A DNA stretch of 62,370 bases, counting the filler, from a bacterium (GTDB lineage Bacteria > JAJRZV01): NCBI GenBank assembly GCA_024275095.1. It is 5 parts of 5 records of this genome, joined end to end, with 100 filler letters (N's around TTAATTAATTAA, not from the genome) between each part and the next. Parts side by side here need not be neighbours in the genome. Positions count along the whole stretch, not along the records: positions 1 to 24,366 come from JAJRZV010000128.1; 4 more parts are not named here. One strand, written 5' to 3'. Shown here piece by piece: positions 1 to 10,442 of this stretch. The translations under genes and the position numbers were made by a program. A model generated the notes under the pieces. It had not been told where the DNA came from, made no database searches, and worked only from the letters and a program-made list of their open reading frames with translations. Position 1 is the stretch's first letter. Every line of letters starts with the position of its first letter.

Positions 1-105
1 AACAGATAAAACCTTCAAGCCAAGATTTTCCAGGAACATTCTGCGAAGCGTGAGACGAAGTTTATAGTGAGGTTTATACTTCGCTTTCTGCGAAGAGCGT
101 CTCAT
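1..105 (-). CDS. cdaR: CdaR/YbbR-like diadenylate cyclase regulator, 5' fragment (runs off window start)
   Basis: Manual translation from ATG at 105 (AAGGAG RBS upstream): MRRSSQKAKYKPHYKLRLTLRRMFLENLGLKVLSV; the NLGLKxLS start and position directly after cdaA are typical. Confidence 0.65.
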   Translation of the reverse strand, partial: MRRSSQKAKYKPHYKLRLTLRRMFLENLGLKVLSV

Positions 106-871
106 CGGGTTTCTCCTTTCCCTCTTCAAACAATTCGTAAAGCAGGAACCTCAAATCAGATGCTGCGAGATTCCTGTAAAGGGAACCATCCACCGCCACC
201 GAAATTTCGCCGCGTTCTTCAGACACGACAATTACCACAGCATCCGTCTCTTCCGAAAGGCCAAGCGCTGCTCTATGTCGGGTACCGAGATCAGGGGCCA
301 AATCTCTGGTGGATGACAGCGGCAGCACACAGCCTGCCGCAGTAATCCGACCACGCTGGATAATGACAGCTCCGTCGTGAATCGGCGAATAGGGTAGAAA
401 TATACTCATAAGAATTTCTTTGGTGACATTGGCATCAATCTTTGTACCGATTTCAATAAAATCATTAAGGATGACCTTACGCTCGATGGCGATAATAGCT
501 CCGATCTTTCGTCCGGCAAGTTGATTTACAGCTTTTACAATCTCTTCGATAATTAACGGTGCACCAAATGAAGGGACAGAGGAAAAAAAGGGATTTTTAC
601 CTACCTGTACAAGAGCTTTGCGGATGTCGTTTTGAAAAATCACAATAAGAATAAGCACAATGGAACTGAGAAAATTGTTAAGCATCCACTGGAGCATTGT
701 GAGGTTCAGATACTGGGAAAGGATAAAAGCTGAAACCACTATGAGAAGGCCAAAAGCCATTTGACCGGCCCGGGTCCCCCGCAGGGAATACATAATGCGA
801 TAGATGATGTACGAAACAATTCCGATATCTACCACGGCGCGCAGAATATCAAATCCGCTGGGAAGCCACAT
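74..871 (-). CDS. cdaA: Diadenylate cyclase CdaA (3 TM + DAC domain)
   Basis: N-terminal hydrophobic helices, HDGA and GTRHRAA DAC motifs, ftsH-folP-cdaA synteny. Confidence 0.95.
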   Translation of the reverse strand: MWLPSGFDILRAVVDIGIVSYIIYRIMYSLRGTRAGQMAFGLLIVVSAFILSQYLNLTMLQWMLNNFLSSIVLILIVIFQNDIRKALVQVGKNPFFSSVPSFGAPLIIEEIVKAVNQLAGRKIGAIIAIERKVILNDFIEIGTKIDANVTKEILMSIFLPYSPIHDGAVIIQRGRITAAGCVLPLSSTRDLAPDLGTRHRAALGLSEETDAVVIVVSEERGEISVAVDGSLYRNLAASDLRFLLYELFEEGKEKPDETLFAESEV

Positions 872-2036
872 TACCTCTATCCTCTGAAGAATAACTTTCT
901 GGAAGGCCTGCTTTCAGCATCGCCTCCATTATGCGGGCAATCTGAACCGCCTCGGATACATCGTGGACACGCAAAATCCTGGCCCCGTGAAGCACTGCCA
1001 CAGCAGACGTGGCAATCGTTCCCGGCAGCCGTTCTTCAGGAGCTGCACCCGAAAAATGCCCGATAAAGGACTTCCTTGAAACCCCTATTAGAATGGGACG
1101 TTTGAGAGCCCAGAAATACTCAAGATGCTTGAGAATGATCAGGTTGTGTTCCGGCTTTTTACCAAATCCAATGCCCGGATCCACGATAATGCGTGTGCGC
1201 TGAAGACCTGACGATACCAATCTGTCAATGCTTTCGTGAATGTAACCAAACACTGTCTCAAGCATGTTTTTGTAATCTGTTCTCTGCTGCATCACCTCAG
1301 GCCGTCCGGATGTGTGCATCACCACAGCACCCGCATCATACGAAGCCACGACTTCGGCCATCTCCTCATCAAATCGCATGCCGCTGATGTCGTTGACCAC
1401 ATCCGCTCCTGCATCAAGAGCTGCACGTGCAACTTCAGCCTTGTAAGTATCCACTGATATAATCCCATCCCACAATTGCCTGAGTTCTTTTATCACCGGT
1501 ACAACGCGCTTTATCTCTTCTCTTGCACTTACGGGTTTTGCACCGGGCCTGGTGGACTCACCACCCACATCAATGATGTCCGCACCTTCACGAATATGTT
1601 TTTCAGCGAGTTTGATTGCTTCAGAAAATGTGGGTCCGCGACTTTCACGGTAAAAGGAGTCCGGAGTTACATTGACTACTCCCATAACCATCACACGTGT
1701 GCGAAGATCTATGGGCTCTCTTTCCTTCAGTTCCCATACCCATTCACAGCAATTCGAAACATCAATATCATCAAAAAATTTCTTCATCATGTGAGAGCAT
1801 CCTGTCAGCAAAAACCAGCCTCTCGATTCTTCTTTTCTTTGCATTACAGTAAAACCACACATATCACGCATTGCAAACGCGGAAATTTTCTCCGGAGTCA
1901 ATTTCGAGTTTTCCGAGACAAGCACACACCACGTTCCAGGCACCAGATTATCCACACAACCGCTTAAAACACTAAATAACTCCTTCACAACCTCCACATC
2001 CCTTTCGTCACGAAGAAAGAAAAGGCGATATCCCAA
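849..2036 (-). CDS. folP: Dihydropteroate synthase with N-terminal extension
   Basis: MGVVNVTPDSF, DVGGESTRPG, DPGIGFGK, SRKSF, RVHDV motifs; follows ftsH. Confidence 0.95.
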   Translation of the reverse strand: MGYRLFFLRDERDVEVVKELFSVLSGCVDNLVPGTWCVLVSENSKLTPEKISAFAMRDMCGFTVMQRKEESRGWFLLTGCSHMMKKFFDDIDVSNCCEWVWELKEREPIDLRTRVMVMGVVNVTPDSFYRESRGPTFSEAIKLAEKHIREGADIIDVGGESTRPGAKPVSAREEIKRVVPVIKELRQLWDGIISVDTYKAEVARAALDAGADVVNDISGMRFDEEMAEVVASYDAGAVVMHTSGRPEVMQQRTDYKNMLETVFGYIHESIDRLVSSGLQRTRIIVDPGIGFGKKPEHNLIILKHLEYFWALKRPILIGVSRKSFIGHFSGAAPEERLPGTIATSAVAVLHGARILRVHDVSEAVQIARIMEAMLKAGLPESYSSEDRGNVASQRI

Positions 2037-2038
2037 TG

Positions 2039-3862
2039 TCAGGCCTCTTTTGCCTCCTGCGTTCGGACCTTTAATTCCCCGGTTGAATTTATAATTTCAT
2101 CTATATCCTGTGCCTCAAGCACTTCTCTCTCAATCAGTGCCGAGGCCATGTTATGAAGTACAAAATTCTTTTGCGAAAGAATGCTCTTCGCCCTCTCATA
2201 GCAATTGAAAATAATTTTTTGAATTTCATTATCCACCTGTATGGCAGTCCGCTCCGAGTAATTCTGCTGACGGGCGAGTTCTTTTCCAAGAAATATGTGT
2301 TCCTCTACCCTGCCCAGTGTCATAGGTCCAAGAGTCTCGCTCATCCCCCACTCGCACACCATCCGGCGAGCTATATCCGTGGCACGTTCGAGGTCATTGG
2401 AAGCACCTGTAGATAGTGTTTTCAGAGCAAGCTCTTCAGCAGCCCTTCCTCCTAAGAGAACGGTGATCTGATCTATCAGGTATTCCTTTGTATAAGTGTA
2501 CCGGTCCTCCTCCGGAAGTTGCTGAGTTAACCCAAGAGACATTCCGCGTGGAATAATAGTCACTTTGTGAACAGGGTCAGAATGTTCCACACTCTTGGCA
2601 ACGATCACGTGTCCTGCTTCGTGATATGCAATAACGCGTTTCTCTTCATCCGAAATAATCATTGTACGACGTTCGCGGCCCATAAGTATTTTGTCTTTCG
2701 CTTCCTCGAAATCCTGCATCTCAACCTTTGAACGCCCTTCTCTCGCAGCAATAAGAGCGGCCTCGTTAACGAGATTCGCCAGATCTGCTCCTGAAAAACC
2801 CGGAGTACCTCTCGCTATCACAGAAAGGTCAACATCTTCTGCAAGGGGAATCTTTCGCGCGTGCACCTTCAGGATAGCTTCACGTCCCTTAACATCTGGT
2901 TTCGGAACGATGACTCTTCTATCAAAGCGACCAGGCCTTAAAAGTGCAGGGTCAAGAATATCCGGTCGGTTGGTGGCAGCAATTACAATAATGCCCTCAT
3001 TGCTCTCAATTCCGTCCATTTCCACCAGCAACTGGTTAAGTGTCTGCTCGCGCTCGTCGTGACCTCCTCCCAGACCCGCACCCCGCAACCTGCCCACTGC
3101 GTCAATTTCATCTATAAACACAATACAGGGAGCGGTTTTTTTCGCCTGTTCGAATAGATCCCTCACACGAGAAGCTCCCACACCTACAAAAAGCTCAACG
3201 AAATCTGAACCACTGATAGAATAAAAAGGCACTCCTGCTTCTCCTGCAATGGCTCTTGCAAGAAGAGTTTTTCCCGTGCCAGGGGCACCGATGAGAAGCA
3301 CACCCTTCGGGATCTTGGCACCAAGCCGGGCAAACCTTTTGGGGTCTTTGAGAAAATCAACAATCTCACGCAGTTCCTCTTTTGCCTCCTCTATACCCGC
3401 CACATCGTCAAAGGTAACTTTCTGTTTATCTTTATCAATGAGTTTGGCACGTGACTTTACAAAAGAAAGGGCTTTGCCTCCGGCCATCTGCATGTTGCGC
3501 ATGAAAGAAATCCAGAGAAATACAATCACAAGCACCGGTACCCACGTAATAAGGAGGTTTTTCCAGAACGCATCAGCATCAGCAGGTTTAACACGAATGG
3601 TCACACCGGCCTGGGCAAGTTTTTCAGTCAGTTTGGGGTACTCAGGAGCATATGTTTTAAAACGTTTTTTATTTTTCAAAGTGCCCGAAATCTCCTCACC
3701 CTGAATCACCACCTCTACAATTTCTCCCTTTTTCAGATGATTGAGGAATTCACTGAAAGGGATTTCTGGTGCTGGTGTTACTCGAGAAAGATACTTAAAA
3801 ATTGTCATAAAAATAAGGATTATAACCAGCCACAGAAGAATATTTTTCAAATTTTGGCGCAT
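2039..3862 (-). CDS. ftsH: ATP-dependent zinc metalloprotease FtsH
   Basis: Two TM segments, Walker A GAPGTGKT, Walker B FIDEID, ATNRPD/RPGRFDR, HEAGH zinc motif. Confidence 0.99.
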   Translation of the reverse strand: MRQNLKNILLWLVIILIFMTIFKYLSRVTPAPEIPFSEFLNHLKKGEIVEVVIQGEEISGTLKNKKRFKTYAPEYPKLTEKLAQAGVTIRVKPADADAFWKNLLITWVPVLVIVFLWISFMRNMQMAGGKALSFVKSRAKLIDKDKQKVTFDDVAGIEEAKEELREIVDFLKDPKRFARLGAKIPKGVLLIGAPGTGKTLLARAIAGEAGVPFYSISGSDFVELFVGVGASRVRDLFEQAKKTAPCIVFIDEIDAVGRLRGAGLGGGHDEREQTLNQLLVEMDGIESNEGIIVIAATNRPDILDPALLRPGRFDRRVIVPKPDVKGREAILKVHARKIPLAEDVDLSVIARGTPGFSGADLANLVNEAALIAAREGRSKVEMQDFEEAKDKILMGRERRTMIISDEEKRVIAYHEAGHVIVAKSVEHSDPVHKVTIIPRGMSLGLTQQLPEEDRYTYTKEYLIDQITVLLGGRAAEELALKTLSTGASNDLERATDIARRMVCEWGMSETLGPMTLGRVEEHIFLGKELARQQNYSERTAIQVDNEIQKIIFNCYERAKSILSQKNFVLHNMASALIEREVLEAQDIDEIINSTGELKVRTQEAKEA

Positions 3863-3960
3863 TTTAACACCGTCATTGTGAAAAGTTTACCATTGCATTC
3901 ATCTATATGACAAGGTTAACATGCTAAAAATACAAATTCAGCAAAAAGACAACTTTTGAA

Positions 3961-5286
3961 ATGGGATACGCAGGAGATAGAAAAAATACTCCAACAGTGC
4001 TGGAAGCACGAGAGATAACGAAAAAATTCCCTACACCGGAAGGAGGCGAGGTTACGGTTATCTCCGGTGTTTCCATCAGCATTAATGAAGGTGAATTCAC
4101 CTCCCTCCTGGGACCGTCAGGTTCTGGTAAATCAACGTTCTTAAGAATACTGGCGGGTCTCATCCCACCTTCTTCCGGCACTTTGTTATATCGAGGGCAG
4201 CCGGTCAATCACCTGCGCCCGCGAACGGCCATGGTCTTTCAAAATTATGCCCTTATTCCCTGGCTTAATGTACTGGAAAATGTGGAACTGCCTCTTATTC
4301 CTCTGGGATTCAGTCGCCGAGAAAGAGAAATAAAAGCACTGCGAGTGCTGGACATGGTTGGACTGGATGGCTACGAAACCGCTCACCCGCGAGAGCTCTC
4401 GGGAGGAATGAAACAACGTGTTGGACTGGCGCGCGCACTAGTGGTGGACCCTGAAGTTCTTCTGATGGATGAACCCTTCTCTAACCTTGACGTGCTTACT
4501 GCAGAAAACCTGCGTAGAGACCTTCTGGAACTGTGGAACAGGGAAAAGCTCCACACCCGGTCCATTTTCATGGTCACACACAGCATTGAGGAAGCAGTTT
4601 TTATGTCCAACAGGTGTATCATTTTCAGTAAAAATCCTGCTAAGGTTATTGCAGAAGTAGAAATACCCCTGCCCTATCCACGAGACATGCGATCCAAAGA
4701 ATTCATGAAAATTGTAGATAGAATATACACGCTCATGACCAAGCCACTCGGCGAAAGGCGCGTAATACTTCCTGAAAAAATTGAAATGCTCCCTCACGCC
4801 AGACCCGGCGGTATTATTGGATTGCTGGAACTGTTGCTTGAGCGGGGGGGAAAGGTTGACATGTGGGATTTTGCCCAGGATCTAAACCTGGAAATAGATG
4901 ACATTTATCCCAGCATTGAAGCTGCCAATCTTCTGGGTTTCCTCAAAATCGAAGAAGGTGACCTTATCGTTACTGACAAAGGCCGTGAAATTGCAGAAGC
5001 GGACATCATCCATCAGAAAATTTTGTTCCGCGAAGCCCTCATAGACCATATTCCCCTCATCAGGCAAATGTATAATCTTTTAAAGCAGACAAAACGCCGG
5101 GAACTTCCAAGGGACTTTTTTGTAGACCTTATCGATGCCTACTTTTCAGAAAGTGAATCAGAAAAACAGATTGACACAGCCATTTCGTGGGGACGATTCG
5201 CAGAGCTCTTCGGTTACGACGAAGAAACAGACAATGTATTCCTTGATCCTTCTGTAGAAGAAAGTAAAAGCTTAGCCCTTTCTTAA
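3961..5286 (+). CDS. Nitrate/sulfonate/bicarbonate-type ABC transporter ATP-binding protein with C-terminal AAA-associated domain
   Basis: GPSGSGKST, LSGGMKQR, LLMDEPF, VTHS; extra ~170 aa C-terminal domain ending ISWGRFAELFGY. Confidence 0.9.
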   Translation: MGYAGDRKNTPTVLEAREITKKFPTPEGGEVTVISGVSISINEGEFTSLLGPSGSGKSTFLRILAGLIPPSSGTLLYRGQPVNHLRPRTAMVFQNYALIPWLNVLENVELPLIPLGFSRREREIKALRVLDMVGLDGYETAHPRELSGGMKQRVGLARALVVDPEVLLMDEPFSNLDVLTAENLRRDLLELWNREKLHTRSIFMVTHSIEEAVFMSNRCIIFSKNPAKVIAEVEIPLPYPRDMRSKEFMKIVDRIYTLMTKPLGERRVILPEKIEMLPHARPGGIIGLLELLLERGGKVDMWDFAQDLNLEIDDIYPSIEAANLLGFLKIEEGDLIVTDKGREIAEADIIHQKILFREALIDHIPLIRQMYNLLKQTKRRELPRDFFVDLIDAYFSESESEKQIDTAISWGRFAELFGYDEETDNVFLDPSVEESKSLALS

Positions 5287-5302
5287 AACCAGCGTACCGG
5301 TT

Positions 5303-6985
5303 TTATTGAGGCCGTGGAATAACAATATCCATCCCGGGTTTCAGTCTGTTCGGATTGGGACCAATTTTATCCCGGTTGGCTTTATAGATAATTTTCCATT
5401 TTCTGGGGTTACAGTAGTACATGGCCGCAATCCAGTGTAAATCCTCTCCTTCCCTCACCGTATGAAGCAGAGGGTAATCCCAATCACACTTGAGAGACGT
5501 GATAAGTTCCCCGGGCTTGATAGGGGGTGGGGTTACGCGTATGGGCTCATGTACGGGAGGAGGAGCCGGGGCTGGTGAAGGTGACGGTGCAGGAGCTATT
5601 GCAGGAGTAGAAGGCTTTTCAACGGGTTTCACCGGTAACTCCACCGTCTCCTCAACCTCTTCAGAAGGAGCCTCTTCGATTTCTTCACTTACGGGCGCAG
5701 GGGTTTCTATAACTCCCTCTGGTTTACCCCCAGGAGGAGCTGCTGGTGGCGCTTCGGGTATGGAAGACTCGACCTCTTCTTCAACAGGAGCCTCTTCGCT
5801 CGGCGCAACAGCAGGAGCGGTTTCTGCGGGTATCTCCTCTTCCACACCTGCAGCGGTTGCTTCTTCAGGAACCTCCTCAGCAGGCACTTCTTCTTCTGGA
5901 ACCAGTGCCTTCTCCCCCGTCTCCTCTACAGGACCGGTTTCAACGGTTTCTGCTTCTTCACCTTCCTCAGGTGCCAGTGCCTTCTCTTCCGTTGCCGGGG
6001 GAACTTCTTCTGTCACGCCCGCCTCTTCCACCTCTTCAGTAATTCCTTCGGTTTCCTCTTCTGGTGCAAGTGCTTTTTCAGCAGGCACCTCTTCTTCTAT
6101 CACTTCCTCTTCTTCGGGTGCTGTTTCTGGAACTTCAGCTGCTTCCTCAGGAACAGCAGTAGCCTCTTCAGGGACGGTAGCTTCCTCAGGCAACACTTCC
6201 TCTTCTTCCACACCAGCTTCTTCGGTAACGGCTTGTCCGGCTTCTCCTTCTGGAGTGACAGCTTCTTCAATCCCTTCTTCTTTTGCAGGTACTTCCTCTT
6301 CCACAACAGCTTCTTCAGACGGAGCCTCTTCTACCGCCTCTTCCTCCACTGCAACGCCCTCCTCTTCAACACCCTCTTCCTCTGCGGCGGCTTTTTCTTC
6401 AACTGGCTCCGTCACCTCCTCTTCGGCAACCTCTCCTTCCTTCGGTGCTTCCTCCGGAGCCTCTTCTTCCTCTATAATTTCCTCTTCCTCTGCAGCAGTG
6501 ACTTCTCCCGCCTCTGTCTCCTCAACCGCACCTTCTTCCGCCACTTCCTCTTCACCGGCCTCTTCAACAAGCTCTTCTCCTGTTACTTCTTCCGCTGGCT
6601 CCGGCTCTTTCACCTCCGCCTCTTCTGTCTCGGGCTTCACACCTTCAACTTCCTTTTCTTCCTCTGTTTCCTCAGCAGTGACGGTTTCTTCACCCTCCAC
6701 AGGCTGGGCTTTTTCAGTTTCTGATTCTTCCTCGACTTCCGGGATCTCCTCGACAACCTCTACATCCTCTTCAATCACCGGTTCTTCTTCCCCGGTCTCC
6801 TCTTCGATTTCAACAGGTTCTTCCCCTTCTGTCGCGGTCAGCACCGCATTCTCATCCCCGTGAGCAAGTTGGGAAACAGGTAAAAAAGAGGTAGGCAAAA
6901 ACAGCAGCATTGTTACTATCATCATAATTTTTACAGATATACATTTGGATAAAATAAATTTATTGAACAGCCGGTGTTGTTCCAT
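5303..6985 (-). CDS. Secreted protein with very long Glu-rich disordered region and C-terminal LysM domain
   Basis: Hydrophobic signal-like N-terminus, >400 aa E/A/V/P/T-rich tract, Pro-rich hinge, HTVREGEDLHWIA...WKIIYKANRDKIGPNPNRLKPGMDIVIP LysM; GGAGGT RBS upstream. Confidence 0.85.
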   Translation of the reverse strand: MEQHRLFNKFILSKCISVKIMMIVTMLLFLPTSFLPVSQLAHGDENAVLTATEGEEPVEIEEETGEEEPVIEEDVEVVEEIPEVEEESETEKAQPVEGEETVTAEETEEEKEVEGVKPETEEAEVKEPEPAEEVTGEELVEEAGEEEVAEEGAVEETEAGEVTAAEEEEIIEEEEAPEEAPKEGEVAEEEVTEPVEEKAAAEEEGVEEEGVAVEEEAVEEAPSEEAVVEEEVPAKEEGIEEAVTPEGEAGQAVTEEAGVEEEEVLPEEATVPEEATAVPEEAAEVPETAPEEEEVIEEEVPAEKALAPEEETEGITEEVEEAGVTEEVPPATEEKALAPEEGEEAETVETGPVEETGEKALVPEEEVPAEEVPEEATAAGVEEEIPAETAPAVAPSEEAPVEEEVESSIPEAPPAAPPGGKPEGVIETPAPVSEEIEEAPSEEVEETVELPVKPVEKPSTPAIAPAPSPSPAPAPPPVHEPIRVTPPPIKPGELITSLKCDWDYPLLHTVREGEDLHWIAAMYYCNPRKWKIIYKANRDKIGPNPNRLKPGMDIVIPRPQ

Positions 6986-7287
6986 TAGTTTTCACCTCCT
7001 TTCCCGTGCCCCCTGAATATGGTATTAGGAAAATTTCTCATTATCTAAACCCGGGGCTTCATTTTATTTTATTATTTTAAGATAAATTTTTACTGTTTAA
7101 AAGCCAAAATCAGACAAGCAGTGTATCTACTTGATAGAAGCAATTCGGTACACACGATGCGCTGATTAACGCACTATGCCTGACATCGCATCGAAGATAT
7201 AGGCGCTGAAATCAATTGGTAAATTTATCAAAAACATATACACAAACCACTCAAGTGCACATGCTGTCTCTTTGACGAGTAAAAGGC

Positions 7288-7326
7288 TTGACAAAAACAA
7301 AAAATTGGTTTAACAATTTAACCAAT
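7288..7326 (+). promoter_or_regulatory. Sigma70-type promoter overlapped by FadR/GntR-type operator (probable autoregulation)
   Basis: TTGACA at 7288, AACAAT 18 nt later, and AATTGGTTTAACAATTTAACCAAT resembling FadR-subfamily TTGGT..ACCAA boxes immediately before the regulator ATG. Confidence 0.55.
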
Positions 7327-8064
7327 ATGACCATACTGCCGTTAAAAAGAACATCACTTCCTGCAGAAATCGCCTCGCGACTGCGGGTTATGATTTTCTC
7401 GGGCGAATTCAAACCCGGCGATCGATTGCCATGCGAAAGAGAGCTCGCTTCCATGTTTGGAACAAACAGAAACACTCTTCGAGAGGCCCTGCGTTCGCTG
7501 GAAATGGTGGGCCTTATAGAAATAAGACAGGGAGCAGGAATATTCGTTAAAGATGTTCGCATTCATGGGAACCTTTCACTGCTCAATCATTTCATCAAAG
7601 AAGGATATAAAAGTCCTTACGCCCTGGAAGTTCTGGAGGACATGTTCCTCTTTCGCAGACGTTTCTTTCAGTGGGTCATCCCGGAAGCCGTCGAAAAATG
7701 TGAATGGGAAGATCTCGACTTTATTCAAAACTCTCTTCGTGAAATCCTGAAACTGAAAGGCACTCCTCAATCATCCGAAATTTTCACACACGACACCGCT
7801 ATATTCAGACGCCTCATTGCCTCCACCAGGAGAGCCTTTTACATGTGGACATTCAACACCATTGCAGAAATGGGCTGGAATATGATGAAAGTGGCGGGGG
7901 AAAACTGGATCTTTCCCGAGTTTTACTTTCACACGATGAAACGTTTTGTGAAAAAAGTGCTTGCAAAAGATGTAAAGGGCGTAATGAAAACACTGGAGAC
8001 ACATCTTAAACGTATGGATAACTTCACGCTCAAACTATCCAGAAACATTCTTTCACAGGGGTGA
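7327..8064 (+). CDS. GntR family (FadR subfamily) transcriptional regulator
   Basis: FKPGDRLPCERELASMFGTNRNTLREAL..RQGAG winged HTH plus FCD-like C-terminus; start moved to ATG 7327 because the TTG at 7288 is the -35 box. Confidence 0.9.
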   Translation: MTILPLKRTSLPAEIASRLRVMIFSGEFKPGDRLPCERELASMFGTNRNTLREALRSLEMVGLIEIRQGAGIFVKDVRIHGNLSLLNHFIKEGYKSPYALEVLEDMFLFRRRFFQWVIPEAVEKCEWEDLDFIQNSLREILKLKGTPQSSEIFTHDTAIFRRLIASTRRAFYMWTFNTIAEMGWNMMKVAGENWIFPEFYFHTMKRFVKKVLAKDVKGVMKTLETHLKRMDNFTLKLSRNILSQG

Positions 8065-8068
8065 AAAA

Positions 8069-8581
8069 GTGAAATTGTCACGCAGGCGATTTTTGGGTTT
8101 CAGCGCAGGCGGAGCTGTTGTTGCTACAGCGGGGTACATTCTCCTGCGTCATTTATCGTACGGCCCTCCTGCAAAAAACCGCTGCCAGACAAAGCACCTG
8201 ACACCGCGTGAAGTTTCAATCATTGAGAAACTTTTTCACGATTTTTTTGAGCCTGACATAACAGGATTTCCCGTGGTCATAGATAAAGTGATACGCCGTG
8301 CTGATGAATATATCGGATTATTGCCTTCCAGGAATAAAAGAATGCTCAAGGGTGGACTTTTAATTATCGAACACGGCACCCTTTTTTCACGTCGCATATT
8401 TAGTCCCTACACCCGCCTTTCCAAGGAAGATAGAATGCAGTACCTGGAAAGCTGGGAGTCTTCCTCGAGTATTATTAAGCGTCAAATCATCGCCGGCATC
8501 AAAATGTTCATAGGACTGCTTGTGTTTTCTCTGGAAGAACCCAACGAATTTCTGGGAGTGCACAAGGAGTGTGGAGGATGA
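8069..8581 (+). CDS. Tat-signal small partner subunit (gluconate 2-dehydrogenase subunit 3-like)
   Basis: SRRRFLG twin-arginine signal; YTRLSKEDRMQYLESW helix typical of this family; coupled to a GMC gene. Confidence 0.7.
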   Translation: MKLSRRRFLGFSAGGAVVATAGYILLRHLSYGPPAKNRCQTKHLTPREVSIIEKLFHDFFEPDITGFPVVIDKVIRRADEYIGLLPSRNKRMLKGGLLIIEHGTLFSRRIFSPYTRLSKEDRMQYLESWESSSSIIKRQIIAGIKMFIGLLVFSLEEPNEFLGVHKECGG

Positions 8582-10095
8582 GCGGGCGCATTCACAACTT
8601 TGAAGAAGTACCGGTCGGCACATCAATATCTACAGACGTAGTGATAATCGGTAGTGGATGCGGAGGAGCGGTAGCTGCTGCTTCGCTGGCTGAAAAAGGT
8701 TTCAACGTGGTGGTGGTGGAAGAAGGGCGGCACTGGAAGATCGAGGAATTCCCAGACGATTTTGTTACAGCCATGGAGAAATTGTACCGGGAAAAGGGTA
8801 TGCGAAGTGCCGTCGGAAACACAGTTATAACGCTTCCTGTTGCCAGAATGCTGGGTGGCACATCCGTGGTCAATTCCAGTATTTGTTTTCGCATACCCGA
8901 TTTCGTGCTCGACGAATGGGAGAAAGAAACAGGATTTGAAATTGACCGTGAAGAGTTATCAGCACATTACAGGGCTGCGGAAGAATTCCTCCGAGTCGGC
9001 AAACCAGGCCCCGAAATTGTTACCAACAACGACCGACTTCACAAGGAAGCAGCTGATATGCTGGGCTGGAACAACGACTATTTCGACCTCAATGCACCTG
9101 ACTGTGAAGGGTGCAATCGTTGCAACATCGGGTGTCCCGTGGGCGGGAAAACCAGCATGGACATGAGCTATATCCCCCGCGCCGTTGCCGCAGGCGCCAG
9201 AATTTATACGTGTACGCGCGCAGACGAAATAATCGTGCGAAAAGGAATATCACGCGGGATAAAGTGTACTGTACAGGATCCTGACTCAGGTCAAATTCGA
9301 GGTGTCCTGGAAATCCTGGCACGTGCTGTTGTGCTTGCGGCTGGAGCCATAGAAACACCCGTGCTTCTCATGAAGAACAAACTTTGCAGCACATCCGGAT
9401 GGCTGGGTCATAACCTCCACATCCACCCTGCTACCGGGGTTTTCGGTTTTTTCCCAGACCGCGAAATTAAACTCTGGCGCGGAGTGTTTCAGGGTCATTA
9501 TATTGATGAATTCATCGAAGATGGATTTGTAATAGAAACAGCCTCTGTACCTCCAGAAGCCATATTCTCAGCCATGCCATTCATAGGAAAAAAAGCTGTC
9601 GAAATCCTGAAAAACATGGCTCACTTCACATCATCCGGCGCCATGATACGTGACTCCAGCAAGGGGCGAGTTAAACCCGGGGATGAAGACCACGTGAACA
9701 TCACATATTTTGTAAACGAGGATGACCGCCGGAAATATATAGAAGGCATGTCAAAAATCGCTCTATTGCTACTCAAGGCAGGGGCAAAGTGGGTCAGGCC
9801 CGCCATTTATACTGAAGAGTTTATATACAGTGAAAGTGACATACTTCATGTGCTATCACATAAACATCTGAAACCAGAACATATCTTTTTATACGCAAGC
9901 CACCCACAGGGTACCGCACGCATGGGTACCATGAAAGACCGGACCGTAACAGATATGAACGGTGAAACCCACGAGGTCAAAGGGCTGTTCATTGTGGACG
10001 CCAGCGTATTCCCACTGGCAGCAGGAGTCAATCCCCAGCTGACCATTATGGCACTGGCATCATACCTGGCAGAACGAATCGCCAGTAAAATATAG
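8578..10095 (+). CDS. GMC family FAD oxidoreductase (long-chain alcohol oxidase-like)
   Basis: GSGCGG FAD motif, LGGTSVVN, CxxCxxCxxGC, HPQGTARMG, DASVFP...VNPQLTIMALA. Confidence 0.92.
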   Translation: MSGRIHNFEEVPVGTSISTDVVIIGSGCGGAVAAASLAEKGFNVVVVEEGRHWKIEEFPDDFVTAMEKLYREKGMRSAVGNTVITLPVARMLGGTSVVNSSICFRIPDFVLDEWEKETGFEIDREELSAHYRAAEEFLRVGKPGPEIVTNNDRLHKEAADMLGWNNDYFDLNAPDCEGCNRCNIGCPVGGKTSMDMSYIPRAVAAGARIYTCTRADEIIVRKGISRGIKCTVQDPDSGQIRGVLEILARAVVLAAGAIETPVLLMKNKLCSTSGWLGHNLHIHPATGVFGFFPDREIKLWRGVFQGHYIDEFIEDGFVIETASVPPEAIFSAMPFIGKKAVEILKNMAHFTSSGAMIRDSSKGRVKPGDEDHVNITYFVNEDDRRKYIEGMSKIALLLLKAGAKWVRPAIYTEEFIYSESDILHVLSHKHLKPEHIFLYASHPQGTARMGTMKDRTVTDMNGETHEVKGLFIVDASVFPLAAGVNPQLTIMALASYLAERIASKI

Positions 10096-10105
10096 GAAAA
10101 AGCAT

Positions 10106-10132
10106 CGGGGTCTGGTCTCAACATTGGACATT
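10106..10132. repeat. Possible GGGGTC(A/T)GGTCT REP-like element (type associated with RAYT transposases)
   Basis: CGGGGTCTGGTCTCAACATTGGACATT resembles this motif from memory; single copy in the window. Confidence 0.3.
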
Positions 10133-10442
10133 CGGGATTTACGCCGGGGTTTTGCATGGAATTGGGGGAATAGAACCCGGGATCGCTTCGGTCGTCCTGC
10201 CTCTGGCAGGATCCCTTACAATAGCTGGATGTCGGGTAATATAAAGCGCGTGTTACCTGCGCGCCCCAAAAACAGGGACAGAGCGGGAAACACAAAGCTC
10301 AGCGCGAGAGGCTCATGTGACCGGTCACTGCTGCCCGTAGCACGAACCGAAAGCATCCGTGGCGGGAGCACGAAGATTCGAACTTGTAATGAAACCCATT
10401 CAGGAGAAAAATAATTCCATCCCTTTAGGTAAGGAGGAAGCT

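Noticed and set aside
5490-6863. 457-aa Ser-rich ORF on + strand
   Set aside because: Antisense shadow of the Glu-rich LysM gene; low-complexity GAR/GNN codons give stop-free antisense frames.
10359-10425. Complete tRNA, tmRNA or amber suppressor on the - strand
   Set aside because: Only a 3'-end-like fragment; T-stem imperfect, no matching 5' acceptor, D or anticodon arm.
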